In this document: piece by piece, positions 1 through 13,600 of the stretch
Numbering within the stretch: position 1 is the first letter of the stretch
Layout: each line of letters opens with the position of its first letter
Made by a program: the position numbers and the translations under genes
Notes under the pieces: generated by a model
Told to the model about the DNA's origin: nothing
Database searches by the model: none
Seen by the model: only the letters and a program-made list of their open reading frames with translations
From: Octopus vulgaris
Lineage: Eukaryota
NCBI GenBank assembly: GCA_951406725.2
Contig: OX597825.1
Coordinates: 2,604,001 to 2,668,000 of the forward strand
DNA: 64,000 nt
Direction of reading: 5' to 3'

Positions 1-130
1 CACACAAAACAAACACACCCACTCACACAATTATACAGCCAAATATACACGATTATATGTATGAGTGTATGAATGGAGGTATCTATATAGCTACACACAC
101 ATACATACAGACACACGTACATCCATATAA

Positions 131-175
<45 letters not shown>

Positions 176-442
176 TGTGTGTATAAATAAATGAATAAAT
201 TGTATATATACATACATACATAACTATATATATACATATAATTCTATATGTCTGTGTCTTGCTACACTTTCGTAAATTTAATCATTATTCATTAATTCGT
301 ATAGATACGTTGGTAAAGTGAACGCTTGTTATATAAATACACACACACAGACTTATGTATGTATAAAAATATACGTATAATGAGGTGTATGTACGCATGC
401 ATGTATGTCTCTAAAAAGGAAAATAAGTATTAACAAAAGATG

Positions 443-490
<48 letters not shown>

Positions 491-1032
491 CGTGTGTGTG
501 TGTGTGTATGTATACATGTATACATACATATATAATGACATATTTATGTATATATATTTTTAATATTATTTATATATATATATATACATATATATATGGA
601 TACATACATTTTAATAAGGTGAGAGAGAAAGCGAGAGTAATAGTGTGACTGAGTGAGTTGACTGGCTTAGAGTTTTCGTTATTATTTTGTGTTTGATTTC
701 ATTTGTAAATAAGAAATGTTTTTCAGGAATTCTGCCAAACTCTTGCAGTATTGCTTTTCCACTGAGAAGGGTTATATATAGCTTCTGAACACGTCAATTG
801 TTTATCAGTTATCACAAGACAAACAACAGAGAACTTCCTCGTATTTTTGACCACACTGTACTTGTTATGCTACTTGTAATAAACCGAGATGCAGATACAC
901 ACACACACACGTTTTTCTATATATGCGTATATAAATGTGTGTGTGTGTGCATCTGTGTGTGTAGGTATTTATTAGGAAAGTATTTAAAGTGTTCTTTATG
1001 TTCTCTGTTTTGAATGTTCTTCAACTTCAAAG

Positions 1033-1140
1033 GTTCCACTAAGCTGCAAGCTGATCAGATCTATTTGATGCGTCTCACCAGAGAACTACAGAACTACCTA
1101 CATGCAGTTGCAAGCGAAACTAAAAAGCAGGATCTGCATG
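1033..1140 (+). CDS. Candidate host exon (phase 1-1), unidentified protein: (G)STKLQADQIYLMRLTRELQNYLHAVASETKKQDLH
   Basis: Pyrimidine-rich acceptor ...ttcttcaacttcaaAG, an open non-repetitive 108-nt frame and a weak GTTTTG donor. No homologue recognised. Confidence 0.3.
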
Positions 1141-1186
1141 GTTTTGTATTATTATTATTATTTATATAATGTGAGATGATATAATA

Positions 1187-1217
<31 letters not shown>

Positions 1218-1264
1218 TAATGATAATAATAATAATAATAATAATAATGATGATGATGATGATG

Positions 1265-1340
<76 letters not shown>

Positions 1341-1844
1341 CGATTATATTGATGCTTTGCTTTGGACTATTTGCAGAAGGGATTTTTTATTCATGTTGTT
1401 GTTCTTACTGTTATGTTTTGTTCTTTTGTGGATGCTTTATTTCTATGTTGACTTTTTATAGCATTTTGAGTATAAATTTTCCCCGTCTAACCTTTGTTTA
1501 AGTTCAATAAAAAGAAAATTAAGGCAGAGGGACAGAGATACCGGAGGTGAGGGAGATGAATGTGTTCTGTTTCAGTTGTTCACACTATAGTTTCACCATA
1601 AATTAAATCTAGGGCGTTTAATTTATAAAATCAAATATTCCATATGAAATCCGTGCAGAATTAGAATATATTGGTTGAAAACGGGAGATTATTTGGCATC
1701 ATTTCTATAGAAACAGCGAAATTTTCCTGCGAAATTTTAACTTACGTAATCTCCTTTAACAACGTATGACATAAGAAGTCGCATATTCAAAAAGGCTTCG
1801 CTTAAATGTTTTGAGAAATCTAGTCTCCGATTTAAAGACAAATG

Positions 1845-1975
1845 TGCTAAGAAATTTGCTTTCCAATCACATGGTTCAGAGTCCAATCACTCTGTGAGGC
1901 ACCTTGGGAAAGTGTGTGGGGCAGACCGAACCTTGTGAATGGATCTGGTAGACGGAACCTGAAAGATGCCCTTAG
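1845..1975 (+). mobile_element. Degenerate tRNA-derived SINE fragment
   Basis: Decayed B-box-like ggttcagagtcc, then ggcaccttggg...ggtagacggaacctgaaagatgccc and a (TACA)n tail. A related reverse fragment lies at ~7932-8030. Confidence 0.5.
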
Positions 1976-1977
1976 TG

Positions 1978-2010
<33 letters not shown>

Positions 2011-2019
2011 GACCTCGTG

Positions 2020-2203
2020 TGTACCGTTGGCGATTTTTTCCCTCTGTCTTCCCTTCTCTGAATCTTTCCTTCTCCTATTTTTCCGACGAAGAGCTTCGCT
2101 CGAAACATTGAAACCCTCCTTCTTTCCTTCTTTCCACTAATACTATATTTGTTCCACGTCCTCGCGTTGTTGTGTTTTTTTGTGCTTTCTTATTTGGATT
2201 AAC
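2020..2203 (+). mobile_element. Penelope-like terminal fragment with variant minimal hammerhead (2079-2114)
   Basis: tttt-CCGACGA-agagc ttc gctc-GAAA-catt-gaaa, ending in (TA)n. A related degenerate reverse copy lies at ~42700-42850. Confidence 0.55.
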
Positions 2204-2239
2204 TATATATATACATGTATATATATATGTTTATACACA

Positions 2240-2287
<48 letters not shown>

Positions 2288-2340
2288 TGTATATATATGT
2301 CTATACACATATATCTATACATATATATATATATATATAA

Positions 2341-2748
2341 AAGTATTAATTTATAAAAATATGGTAAAGTAAAAAAAATTCACTTTACCACACACCGAAC
2401 TTTTCAGAAATAGCAGCCAAAAATATGGCTATTTCTTCAACTGCAAATAAAAGTCTCCAGACAATGCATACTCAGAAAATAACTCACATAGGTATAAGGG
2501 AAAAACAATGAAAGATCACATCCATATACGATACCCGAGGACAGTCTGTCCTCGGGTTTCGTATATGGATGTGATCTTTCATTGTTTTTCCCTTATACCT
2601 ATGTGAGTTATTTTCTGAGTATGCATTGTCTGGAGACTTTTATTTGCAGTTGAAGAAATAGCCATATTTTTGGCTGCTATTTCTGAAAAGTTCGGTGTGT
2701 GGTAAAGTGAATTTTTTTACTTTACCATATTTTTATAAATTAATACTT
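2341..2748. repeat. ~408-bp near-perfect palindrome (foldback element) between (TA)n tracts, with a unique tail to ~2837
   Basis: The left arm (aagtattaat...cccgaggacag) is mirrored by ctgtcctcggg...attaatactt, centred at ~2544. Confidence 0.9.
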
Positions 2749-2834
2749 CAAATACACCGTAAATGGTCTTTACATACCGAATACTGCTTGGTCGAATTTA
2801 TTAACAATTAATTAATTCTACCCCCTTTTTTGAT

Positions 2835-2884
<50 letters not shown>

Positions 2885-4079
2885 ACATACACATACATGT
2901 GTGTTTGATTGTTAGTTGTTCTTGTGTCTGTGTTTGTCTCCCCACCATTGCCGAACAACCAATGTTGTTTTGTTTACATCCGCGTGATTTGCAAAAAATA
3001 GCGCTAGCAAAAGTAATAGCCTTACAAAAAATAAGTGCTGGGTATGATTTATTCGACTAAAACCCTTTAAGACGGTGCCCCAGCATGGCCTCAATCAAAA
3101 TTACTGAAAAAAATAAAGCAATAACCCCCCAAAATAAACAGGTTAAGTTGTGGAACTCGAGTTCTCTTTGAGAATTCTTTAGTGACAAACCACTCTCCGT
3201 TTACTTCTCATAAACTTTTCAGACACAAAAATTAAAGTTAGAAGTTTTTCTAAAGTAATGCAAGGGTTGAAGTGAAATGAAAATATCAATGCAGTGCAAT
3301 ATTTTGCGTGTGGATAAAGAAGGAGCAAGGAATAGTATTATATAATTGAATATCACTACGTTTCATAGCCTGTTTTACTCAAACTGTTTCTTAACGAAAT
3401 GTTATGATTTCACCGAAACATGCAATTATTTCAAGGGAATAAATAGATTATTATCTTAGATATAGATGTGCCAGCAACTAAATGTTTCTTAAATATACAC
3501 ATAAGATTTCAAATAGTTAAAATACCATTCATAGAACTCCAACTATATTAAAACCGGTCGGGAAGCGATGGATATACTAAAAGTTTTTAAAAGGGCTAAT
3601 GACGGAGTTTATAGGGGGGACAATTCAGATCCAGGGAAACGTCTAAAGCTCAACTTTAGACAGATTAGTAGCTACTTTCATGTTAAGGACTAATTGACAG
3701 TGTTGATTCTTATAATTACTGGTCTAAGGGAAATAACTCTGCCCTTTTGCTTCACTGGTTATTTTTTCCCCTCCCGGTTTTTCAAATTTACTCTTTTATA
3801 CAAACGTCCTTCACTACTTTTCTCACTTCTTCTGCCGCCCCGTTTCCAGTTTGTTAAGCCATGTGCGCAGTGTCCGATGAATGAACTTAGAAACAAGACG
3901 TGTTATAAAACACTATTTTGCAGGTTCTCTTTCTCAATATATTTAACATAATTTTCGACACACATGAAACTAATAGTAACACATAAAACATATATTCTGT
4001 TTATTAAACAGTATTTATCTCTCACAAGGTGGAGTACGATTTTGTTGATCTTATCATCACGGAATAGTACGCTATATAT

Positions 4080-4112
4080 GTATGTATGTCTATCTATCTA
4101 TCAATCTACCTT

Positions 4113-4143
<31 letters not shown>

Positions 4144-4360
4144 GTCTGTCTGTCTCTCTCTCTATATATATTTATCTATATCTATCTATCTATGTATATA
4201 CCTATCTATCTATCCATCTATCTATCTATCTATTTATCTACCTATCTACCTATCTATCTATCTTTATCTCTATATATCTATATATGTATCTCTATCTCTA
4301 TATATCTATGTATCTATCTATCTCTATGTATCTATGTATCTATCTATCTATCTATCTACC
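4080..4360. repeat. (TATC)n-type microsatellite
   Basis: Direct inspection. Confidence 0.95.
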
Positions 4361-4528
4361 TAGCTAGTGCATATTCGGTGGAGTAACAACCCGAACGCAA
4401 ATGTAATACTGTATTCAACGTAAGAGTAACACACATGAGTCAAGTATCATTTGTAGAAATTTAATAAATATATAATCTTGTATGAGACTTTGTTTTCTAA
4501 GCTATTAACATGTCCTTGCCTTTTTCAG

Positions 4529-4668
4529 GACGTGAAACCATGGCACAATCTGGAAAGCAAATTTAAGAAACATGATATTGAATTCTTTCCTTCCAAACGT
4601 ACAATATTAGATAAGGAGCTGATTGTTTTCATTCACCAGAAACTTTCGTATTTGGATAAGTCGTACAT
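4529..4668 (+). CDS. Candidate host exon: DVKPWHNLESKFKKHDIEFFPSKRTILDKELIVFIHQKLSYLDKSY
   Basis: Strong acceptor ccttgcctttttcAG, donor GTAAGA and a 140-nt frame open in phase 0. Product not recognised. Confidence 0.45.
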
Positions 4669-5302
4669 GTAAGAACATATAAAATAGTGAGAGCGGAGTA
4701 TGAATTTCGAGGTTTGCAGTGTCTATGGTTTCCCAAGCAACGTATTAGTGCAAAAGAACAAAAAAAACAAGGCATTCACTGTCCGTTTTATTCAGCTGTT
4801 GCAAGTTGAACATTTCAAAGTTTTGAGAAGTTTGTCGTCTGTAGAAGAAAGGTCGGTTTATGATGTTTTATTGAAAGGAATTGGAATAACTGTTTTATTG
4901 TCAATGTATTTACTTATATATGTTAGAGTGTGTATGTGTGTGTTCCCGCGCTCATGAGTGCGCATGCGTGTGTTTGTGTATGTATGATGGTCACAGCGGT
5001 AGACTTCGACGTATGAGTAATTGAAGGAGAGGATTTAAAAAATAAAACAGTTGTCAGTCAGTGTTAGGGGACAAACACAAACAAGGATTGAAGCATATAC
5101 ATACACATATAGATGCATGTGAGTGTGTGTGGCCATCAAATATGTTCAATAGGCCCCAGAATTGTTAAAGTTATGCTTCATAATAATAATAATAATAATG
5201 ATAATAATAATAATAATAATAGTAATAATAATAATAATAATAATGATAATAATAATAATGATAAAAATAATAGTAATAATAATAATGATAATAATAATAA
5301 TG

Positions 5303-5349
<47 letters not shown>

Positions 5350-5380
5350 TAATAATAATAAAAATAATAATAATAATAAA

Positions 5381-5936
5381 TGCCCTGATGCAGTTACCAG
5401 GCAGTGGCTCTCATGGCTTCTGATCTTAACTGATTGGAAGTGTTATCATGTACATTGTGTTGTCTTGGTATAAAAGATGGGCTACAGCAAATATTCTGCT
5501 CAATACCACAGATTTGCTTGTCAGTTGTTTGACCTTAACCAGTTGAGCATGTCCCTTAGTGGCTGACGATATATGCATCTCTGATCACGAGCAGAAGTAG
5601 TGGGGGAGCATCATAGCCATGTGTTGAGAAGGATTCTTTGGGGTTTGAATAATTCACCTCTGGAAACATAGGTGTTTCGTTCAACGTCCTTAAACAACCC
5701 TTATTCAGGGACCTTTTGAGCGGGATGGGTTACTCGATCTGAAGAAAATTCTAACTGGGCTCCACCTGCAAGGTCATGTGCTGTTTATCTTGATATGAGA
5801 TCACCATGTCGCGCACATATGGTTGTGATGCATGTGCCTGGTGTACCTTTATCAGACGGGTAGTCATGATGGGTATACTGGGCTTCGTATATTTTACCCC
5901 AGTGTCACTTTGATGGCATGCTCTGCTCGCTCACTC
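5381..5936 (+). mobile_element. Non-coding ~555-bp interspersed element embedded in (AAT)n; probable non-autonomous Dong-type passenger
   Basis: Sharp boundaries inside an (AAT)n array. Its 3' ~100 nt recur in degenerate form at ~12960-13052. Confidence 0.55.
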
Positions 5937-6305
<369 letters not shown>

Positions 6306-7250
6306 CGGGGACGTGAAAAGACACCGGGGACGTTTAAGAGAAAAGACACCGGGGACGTTTAAGATGTAAGAAGGAAAATACAGAGCTCCGAAATCTATCC
6401 ACAAACATCGAAAACAAGGACACCCTATGGAGCCAAAGATTTACTAACAAAGAATTGGACTATATCCGAGTAAGTAATACGAATTGAAATTTATTACTAT
6501 TTTCGAAACGAAATGATGTATTTTGACTCGATATTATCTCCACCTCTAACACAACACATGTAAACATGCGTGGAACAACACCATCATCCCCGACCTCAAA
6601 CACCATGTACAAAGGAACTACGAAAAAATTAAATGCCACCGATACTATTCAACCCAAGAATAACAATCGAGCGGTACGTACATTAAACCTACAACAAAAA
6701 ATGTACGAAAAACTACACGTGCGAAATAATGTGACAACAGAAATAAACGGACCGGTACCCTACGAAAATGACGACCGTCAAAATAATGGGCCGGACGTTG
6801 TACCTCATGTCCCGCAATTAAAACCCAAAAGACGTAAATGGACACGTGAGGAACACATTTCTATCTTACACGCATACTTCACAGCAATGCTCTACCCACA
6901 AAATGAAAATACAACAACATATACATATAAAATATGGAAGGAAAATAATAGAGATATAGACTTGGATACAGCAATGAACCGTAATAAATTAGCTAACGTA
7001 CGAAGATACATTCTCAAAGCCAAAAGAATATCAGAAATAGAAATAGAACATTTATACATAACAAAAACACCAGGACTTACAAACACATATAACATACAGA
7101 AAATTGCACTACTAGGCACTGCACACATCCTACGCAGAACACTTTCCATACAATAACCATCAGAGCATCACAACAAATCACAGCACATACCCAAGGCACA
7201 CAGAGCTGCGCTCGGTAGTGAAGTGAAAGCACGCTATAAAAATAAAACTA

Positions 7251-7253
<3 letters not shown>
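6306..7253 (+). mobile_element. Internally deleted R4/Dong-clade non-LTR retrotransposon
   Basis: 5' UTR, then ORF 6566-7156 joining an N-terminal RRKWTREEH Myb-like region in frame to the terminal IQKIALLGTAHILRRTL motif of RLE LINEs. (AAT)n on both sides. Confidence 0.8.
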
Positions 7254-7303
<50 letters not shown>

Positions 7304-7536
7304 CGGAAAAGGCATGATAAAAAAATATTCAGACAAATACATAACAAAAACACCAGGACTTACAAACACATATAACATACAGAAAATTGCACTACTAGCC
7401 ACTGCACACATCCTACGCAGAACACTTTCCATACAATAACCATCAAAGCATCACAACAAATCACAGCACATACCCAAGGCACACAGAGCTGCGCTCGGTA
7501 GTGAAGTGAAAGCACGCTATAAAAATAAAACTACTG
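7304..7536 (+). mobile_element. 5'-truncated 3' end of the same Dong-like family
   Basis: Near-identical to 7054-7253 (acataacaaaaacaccagg...aaaactactg), followed by (AAT)n. Confidence 0.85.
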
Positions 7537-7541
7537 AATAA

Positions 7542-7599
<58 letters not shown>

Positions 7600-7629
7600 T
7601 ATAGTAATAATAATAATAATAAAAATAAA

Positions 7630-7736
<107 letters not shown>

Positions 7737-7895
7737 TAACGGAAAAGAAATAAAATCTCAAATGCTTTGGTGCGTGACTTTTGTTACACCCTGTATATCT
7801 GTATGTATTTCTATATTTATATTTATATATATATGTAAATATATATATTTTATACACATATATACATATCATATATGTATATATATTTATATATA

Positions 7896-7934
<39 letters not shown>

Positions 7935-8322
7935 CGGCGTCCCTTCAGTTTCTGTCTACCAAAATCTTATTGTAAGGCTACGCTTGCCTCCGGGCGATAA
8001 CGGAAGTCACTTACTCTCAGTCTCACACGGTGAAGAATTCCTGGAAGCTACATAATGTCTACGTAGACAAGTGCTAAGTTCAAACATTTGTGTAGGAGAT
8101 GAAAGGGGTTTGGCGTTGAAAGTTATAGACGCATAACCTCGTCAGAATCAGTGGGAAATTATTCAATAGCAATGCACAATAAATTGTTTAGAGTTTATTT
8201 TATCCATATTTCTCTACGAGGAAAAGTCCTGTCAGAAACATTAGGCTTATCATTTACCATATTTTCATATACATTATTTTTAGTGTAATAACTCATAGTA
8301 TCAAATAAACAGAGCTATCAAA

Positions 8323-8381
<59 letters not shown>

Positions 8382-8389
8382 ACATATAA

Positions 8390-9110
8390 TCAAAAAAGGG
8401 TAATAACATAGATTACTACCAGTGGCCCAGCACAAAAGACGAATTAGTCATTAGACAAAATATTATTCATATAGAAATATAATTATGGGTTCCTAAATAA
8501 GGATGCCAAGTGCTAGGGACACAAAAAAGGGATAAATTCATCGAGAGTGAAAATCAAAAACATTTACCATTAACGATACATCCCGGACTGATCAGTTTCT
8601 ACCTCTTTCTAGCAAAACAGACAGCATCCTTATTTAGGAGGCCTTAATTATATTTCTATATGAATAATATTTTTCTATATGAATAATATTTTGTCTAATG
8701 ACTAATTCGTCTTTTGTGCTGGCCCACTGGTAGTAATCTATGTTATTACCCTTTTTTGATTCTATTCACATATTACTTGATATATTTATTCGTAAAAATT
8801 TTTTCCCGGCATGCCCTATATCACCGGGTAGATTTTGCGTCTGCGCAGAGGTTTCAAAAGTTAAGATTTACAAGTTGTTTAGAACAACACATGGTCTAAC
8901 GCTCTGCGCATCTCGATTTAACATAAGCGTCTCGCTGATGAAACCGGCCTTAGCAAACATATTCTGTCTGTTTTGCTAGAAAGAGGTAGAAAGTGATCAG
9001 TCCGGGATGTATCGTTAATGGTAAATGTTTTTGATTTTCACTCTCGATGAATTTATCCTTTTTTTTGTGTCCCTAGCACTTGGCATCCTTATTTAGGAGC
9101 CCTTAATTAT
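8390..9110 (+). mobile_element. Penelope-like/retrozyme-like non-coding element: inverted segment (8390-8624) plus a permuted ~460-bp unit
   Basis: 8390-8624 is the reverse complement of 8965-9110 continued by 8650-8759. Direct repeat catccttatttaggag at 8625 and 9084. (TA)n flanks. Confidence 0.8.
8929..9008 (+). ncRNA. Type I hammerhead ribozyme
   Basis: gtctcg-CTGATGA-(long stem II)-GAAA-(c/g)tgatcag-TC-cgggat. Stem I gtctcg/cgggat. Palindromic stem III ACTGATCAGT is intact in the inverted partial copy at ~8580-8599. Confidence 0.75.
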
Positions 9111-9167
9111 GTTTATATATATATGTATATATATGTATATGTATGTAGGTTTGTATGTATGTATATA

Positions 9168-9231
<64 letters not shown>

Positions 9232-9234
9232 AGT

Positions 9235-9432
9235 GGAGGCACAATGGCCCAGTGTTTGTTGCGGCAGCGGACTCGCGTTCGTAGTAAAAAGGTTTCGATT
9301 TATGGAGCGAAGACACCTAAAGCTCTACGGGACTCCGGCAGTGAGGGAGGATGACGAACCCTGCTGTACTCTTCCACCACAACTTTCTTTCACTCTTTCT
9401 CCCTGTGTCTATTGTGCCTGTATTTCGAATGG
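9235..9432 (+). mobile_element. tRNA-derived SINE (degenerate)
   Basis: A-box-like tggcccagtg and B-box-like ggtttcgatt after (TA)n. Confidence 0.55.
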
Positions 9433-10752
9433 TAGGCACTGAAATATATTTGCGAGTGTAACGGATTTGTGTGTCTCTACGTACAATAATTAATACATCT
9501 CTTATATAAGAAATATCATGAAACTAACAACTGTTTAAATTGGACTGCAATTGATCGGAAATTACGAGGACGCGTGAATGTACGAATATGCACAACACAT
9601 AAAACACGACACCAAAACGTGAGACTTTGCGTTTCAGAGACAGAATACCTCTTATTCTTCTATTTTTACTAAGTCTCTACAACGTGTATATGTGACATCC
9701 AATAAACATCTAACCTCACAGCTTGGACGGTGTTGCAGCCAAATAGAAATTCATTTTGCATCGCATCAAGTAACCCGGCGGATTTTCTTGATGAGCCTCA
9801 CTAGAATCTCTCAATCACTGGTTCACACATCCTATTTCACTTGTTTTAACAACTGCTCCTTTTCCATGTCTACTAGTCTTATCTCAAACTCTCCGACTAA
9901 CATTCAGTTAGACATTCCTGACTCATTTCTCTCTCTATAGCTTGTCTAAACCGTACTCTCCTGCCTCTTCAGTCGGGGCAATGTTGCCTAAATCCAGTCA
10001 TTCCTTTCGTACCGAATTCTCACATTTACCAAGATTTGCCTGCAATTGTTCAAACGCCCAACTGCCTATTCATATCGGTGAACTGACTAGGATTGGAGAG
10101 CCCATCAGGAAGACGCATATTGCTTTCACGAACCCCGCATTAAATAAAACAGCTAAAGCGATTTAGAAGCACCATAATTTGAAATCTTGTCGTCAACATT
10201 ACCATTTCTTATATACAGGTTCAGAGTTAGGCATTAATTAATATAACAAAACAGATCTTGTATTGCATGCATTAAAAATTATTCTGTAAATGATTGCATA
10301 GATATAAACTCAAACAATATTTCTTTTAAAAGAATTTTATGAGACAAAAATCTGCTCCGGGCTTTTGTCAAATACTTATATTAAATTCATTCTCTTCTTC
10401 TGTGTTGTATAAATTACACTCTTTTCATATTCCACTTTTCTTTTACTTCTGGTTTTAGCTTTTTTCTTTTCTTTTTTTTTTTTGCTTTGGCAAGCATTTG
10501 AGTTCTTCCTTGTCAGGCACACTTCCAACACAATATGGTTCTAATGGTAGGCATCAGTTCAAATTTTCTTTTCTATATTTCTTTTTCGTTATTCAATAGT
10601 TAATGATACCTTTACTGGAGGTTGAACTCGCCTTCTCATCTCTGTCAGAGTTATTCATGCATATTTATAAAGACATATACATGCAAACATAAACACTACG
10701 TGTATGTATACGCAGACACAAACATACATATGTATATATACATACACGTATA

Positions 10753-10809
<57 letters not shown>

Positions 10810-10817
10810 ACAAATAC

Positions 10818-10857
<40 letters not shown>

Positions 10858-11094
10858 AACACACATAGAAACACACATATATACCAACAATTACACATTC
10901 ATCTGTATATATATATTTGAATATATACATATGTTTACATACGTAGAACACGCCAACGTATATAAAATTATACGTGTTGTGAGGCAGACGTATATAAAGT
11001 GAGAGAGAGAGAGAAAGAGAGAGAGACAGAGAGAGATAAATATATCTTTATCTGTAGGTAACTATATGTAGCTGTCTGTTTATCTATCAATCTG

Positions 11095-11263
11095 TTCTAT
11101 GTTTAAGAATTATGTACATTATTTACATTATTTACATTCGACAGATATTTGTCCTCATCTTGTTTGTTGTTAACACAACGTTTCGGCTGATATACCCTCC
11201 AACTTTCATCAGGTGTCTCGGGGATGTTTCGAACCTGGGTTCTCATTCCTAAGGTGTTTTCCG

Positions 11264-11325
<62 letters not shown>

Positions 11326-11330
11326 TATTA

Positions 11331-11413
<83 letters not shown>

Positions 11414-11490
11414 GTTATTCAGGTATCAGCTTGGAATCGAACTCGGAATCTTGGGATTCGTAGCCCATATTCTTAACCACCACGCCACTG
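11095..11490 (-). mobile_element. tRNA-like/(AAT)n/hammerhead element, copy 1
   Basis: Minus strand reads gtggcgtggtggttaag...gagttcgattcc (A/B boxes), then (AAT)n, ccttaggaatgagaacccagg, hammerhead and an (aatgtaaat)n end. Confidence 0.8.
11172..11217 (-). ncRNA. Minimal type I hammerhead ribozyme
   Basis: gacac-CTGATGA-aagttg..cagcc-GAAAC-GTT-gtgtt, with palindromic AACGTT stem III. Confidence 0.75.
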
Positions 11491-11599
11491 ACGTTGTGAT
11501 TAAAATGATGATGATGACTCCCGGCTCTTCCGACGTAGGAGTGCTTGAGGGAGAGGTTTTTAAACAATAATAACCTTAGTAACAACAGCAACAACAATA

Positions 11600-13600
11600 A
11601 TAGTGAAAGAAAACTAGATATGTTACAGATAAACATATTGATGTTACAGTTGTATTCGTTGGAAGGAAAACGGGATTTGTAAATCCATTGAATGGGGAAC
11701 GAGGGAGAGAACGATGGTGGAAGAAAAGAATCATAGAATCCGTTAACGAATCAAGGATGCATATTAACATCTTGGAACGTGCAAAGAGGCGAAATAAAGA
11801 AGAAGCATAAACATGTTCAAATAGAAAAGAAGTATCATATACGGAAGAATAGAATAAGCGCCGTTATCGAGGAGTTGGAACCAAGGCGACTGATGTGAAA
11901 GGATTTGACCAAAAAACACACAACAATACAGAATGAATAGAATGTTGCATTACGATCCGAAATCAGTGTACCAAGACCTCGAGGGTAAAAGTCAGAAAGA
12001 AAGAGTGACCTTGGATGCGGAAGAAAGCGAAAGGTTTTGGCTAAACATCGGGTATAATGAGGTACGGCATTATAAATATTCTTAATCGTTTAATGCATTG
12101 AGGGGGAATAGCATAAATGTGATGCAAAGAGACACTGAAACAGCAGTAGTAATTGTATTCATGTCAGGCAAAATTAATTCCCAGTTGGAAAGCGTTTGAA
12201 TCTAATGGGATACATTGTGTTTGGCTGAAGAATTTGGCATCTTTTCCTAAAGAAATCGAATCTCAAACGAATGACATCTTAAACAAACGGGAAGTATTAC
12301 CCTGCTGTGCCAGAACGACCGACCTAACGGTAGATAGTTATTCCCTCATCTTGCTTACCACCAATATGGAAACTCATGGCTTGGATCCTTTATAAGATCC
12401 GCGAGGAAAATGAAATTTTACCGGAACAGTAAAAAGTGTAAAAATAACAGCAAGTCTACAAACGATCAATTTCTGAGACATAAAACAATTCTTGCGGATA
12501 GTAAAAGGAGGTGCAAGAATTTTGACAAGGCAGGGGTGAGCTAAAGGAACCCCTACGAAAAGTTCCACATGAGCTAGATGTTAGAGTGACTGAAATTTAC
12601 TAATATGCCAGACATTGTAATGGGTTCGCAAACCTCGGTGCAAAATTCCTTGCACAGAGGTTTGTCAGAATTAGATATAATTTTTCAGTCTTGAGGGCTG
12701 TTGTTGCATTTTATTTAGCTATTACTTCAGTTGAGAATATTATGTCAACTGTGCCAAAGCGTCTTCCAAGGGTGACATAATTTTCTAAGCACCCGACTCG
12801 TCTTAAGTATTACTCGATCTGGGCCTACGTAGCCAGCTCCAGTCTCCTCATCTTTTAATGATACGCATTTATATATAATGGCTTTTTCTTTATATTACCT
12901 TGCGCTTCCTCCTGTGTGCTTGGGAAAACTGCTCTGTCATTCTTTGTGAAATGCAGGTAGCCCTGCAAGACGGGTAGTTCTCATTGGTGTATAGGGCTAC
13001 GAAAATGTGTACCCCATTGTCACTTTGATAGAATGTACTTTTCTGTCACTACTACCAACATGAACCTGAAGGAATCGCCGAGAACAAAGAATTTAAGATA
13101 CTGTGGAATTTCACAGTCCAGTGCGACTCTCCTATCGAGGCACGGAGACCAGATATTGGTGTGGTAGATAGAGGGAAAAAGTAAAAAAAGGGATTACAGA
13201 TATTGCAGTACCTGGAGAATATCGCATAAATAACAAAGAACTAGAAAATATTGAAAAGTACGGACCACTAAAAGACGAAATTGCAAGAATGTGGACTGTG
13301 AGGAGAATGTCTGTCATTCCAGTAGTTGTGGTGGCACTTGGAGCACTAACAGCCAAGTCTGAGAATTCGAAATTGTCATGAGAGCAGAGCAAGCCCCAGA
13401 ACTTGAGCCGCTGAGAACAGCTAGGATTTTGAAATTGGTACTTGGATGCTGAAAGTCACCCACGATAATTAACAACCAAGTAGCAAAGCTTATAATGTGC
13501 GGAAAGAGACTCAGTGAGATCTGACAGCCGGCTGCTGTCCGCTCACACAGAATCTACCAGAACAAACAGAATCGAGCGCTTTGAGTTGTAAAACGATAAT
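11600..13600 (+). mobile_element. Old fragmented R4/Dong-like LINE relic
   Basis: PSWKAFESNGIHCVWLKNL (pre-RT region, ~12180) and RLE domain ENKEFKILWNFTVQCDSPIEARRPDI...DIAVP...KIEKY-like ENIEKY...VIPVVVVALG (~13080-13350). Ends in ataataat. Confidence 0.7.

Noticed and set aside
3869-3915. agtgt-CCGATGA...GAAAC...acact hammerhead-like motif (also a GAAACGTA half motif at ~3352-3365, minus)
   Set aside because: Stem II is unpaired and there are extra bases at the cleavage site. At most a decayed remnant.
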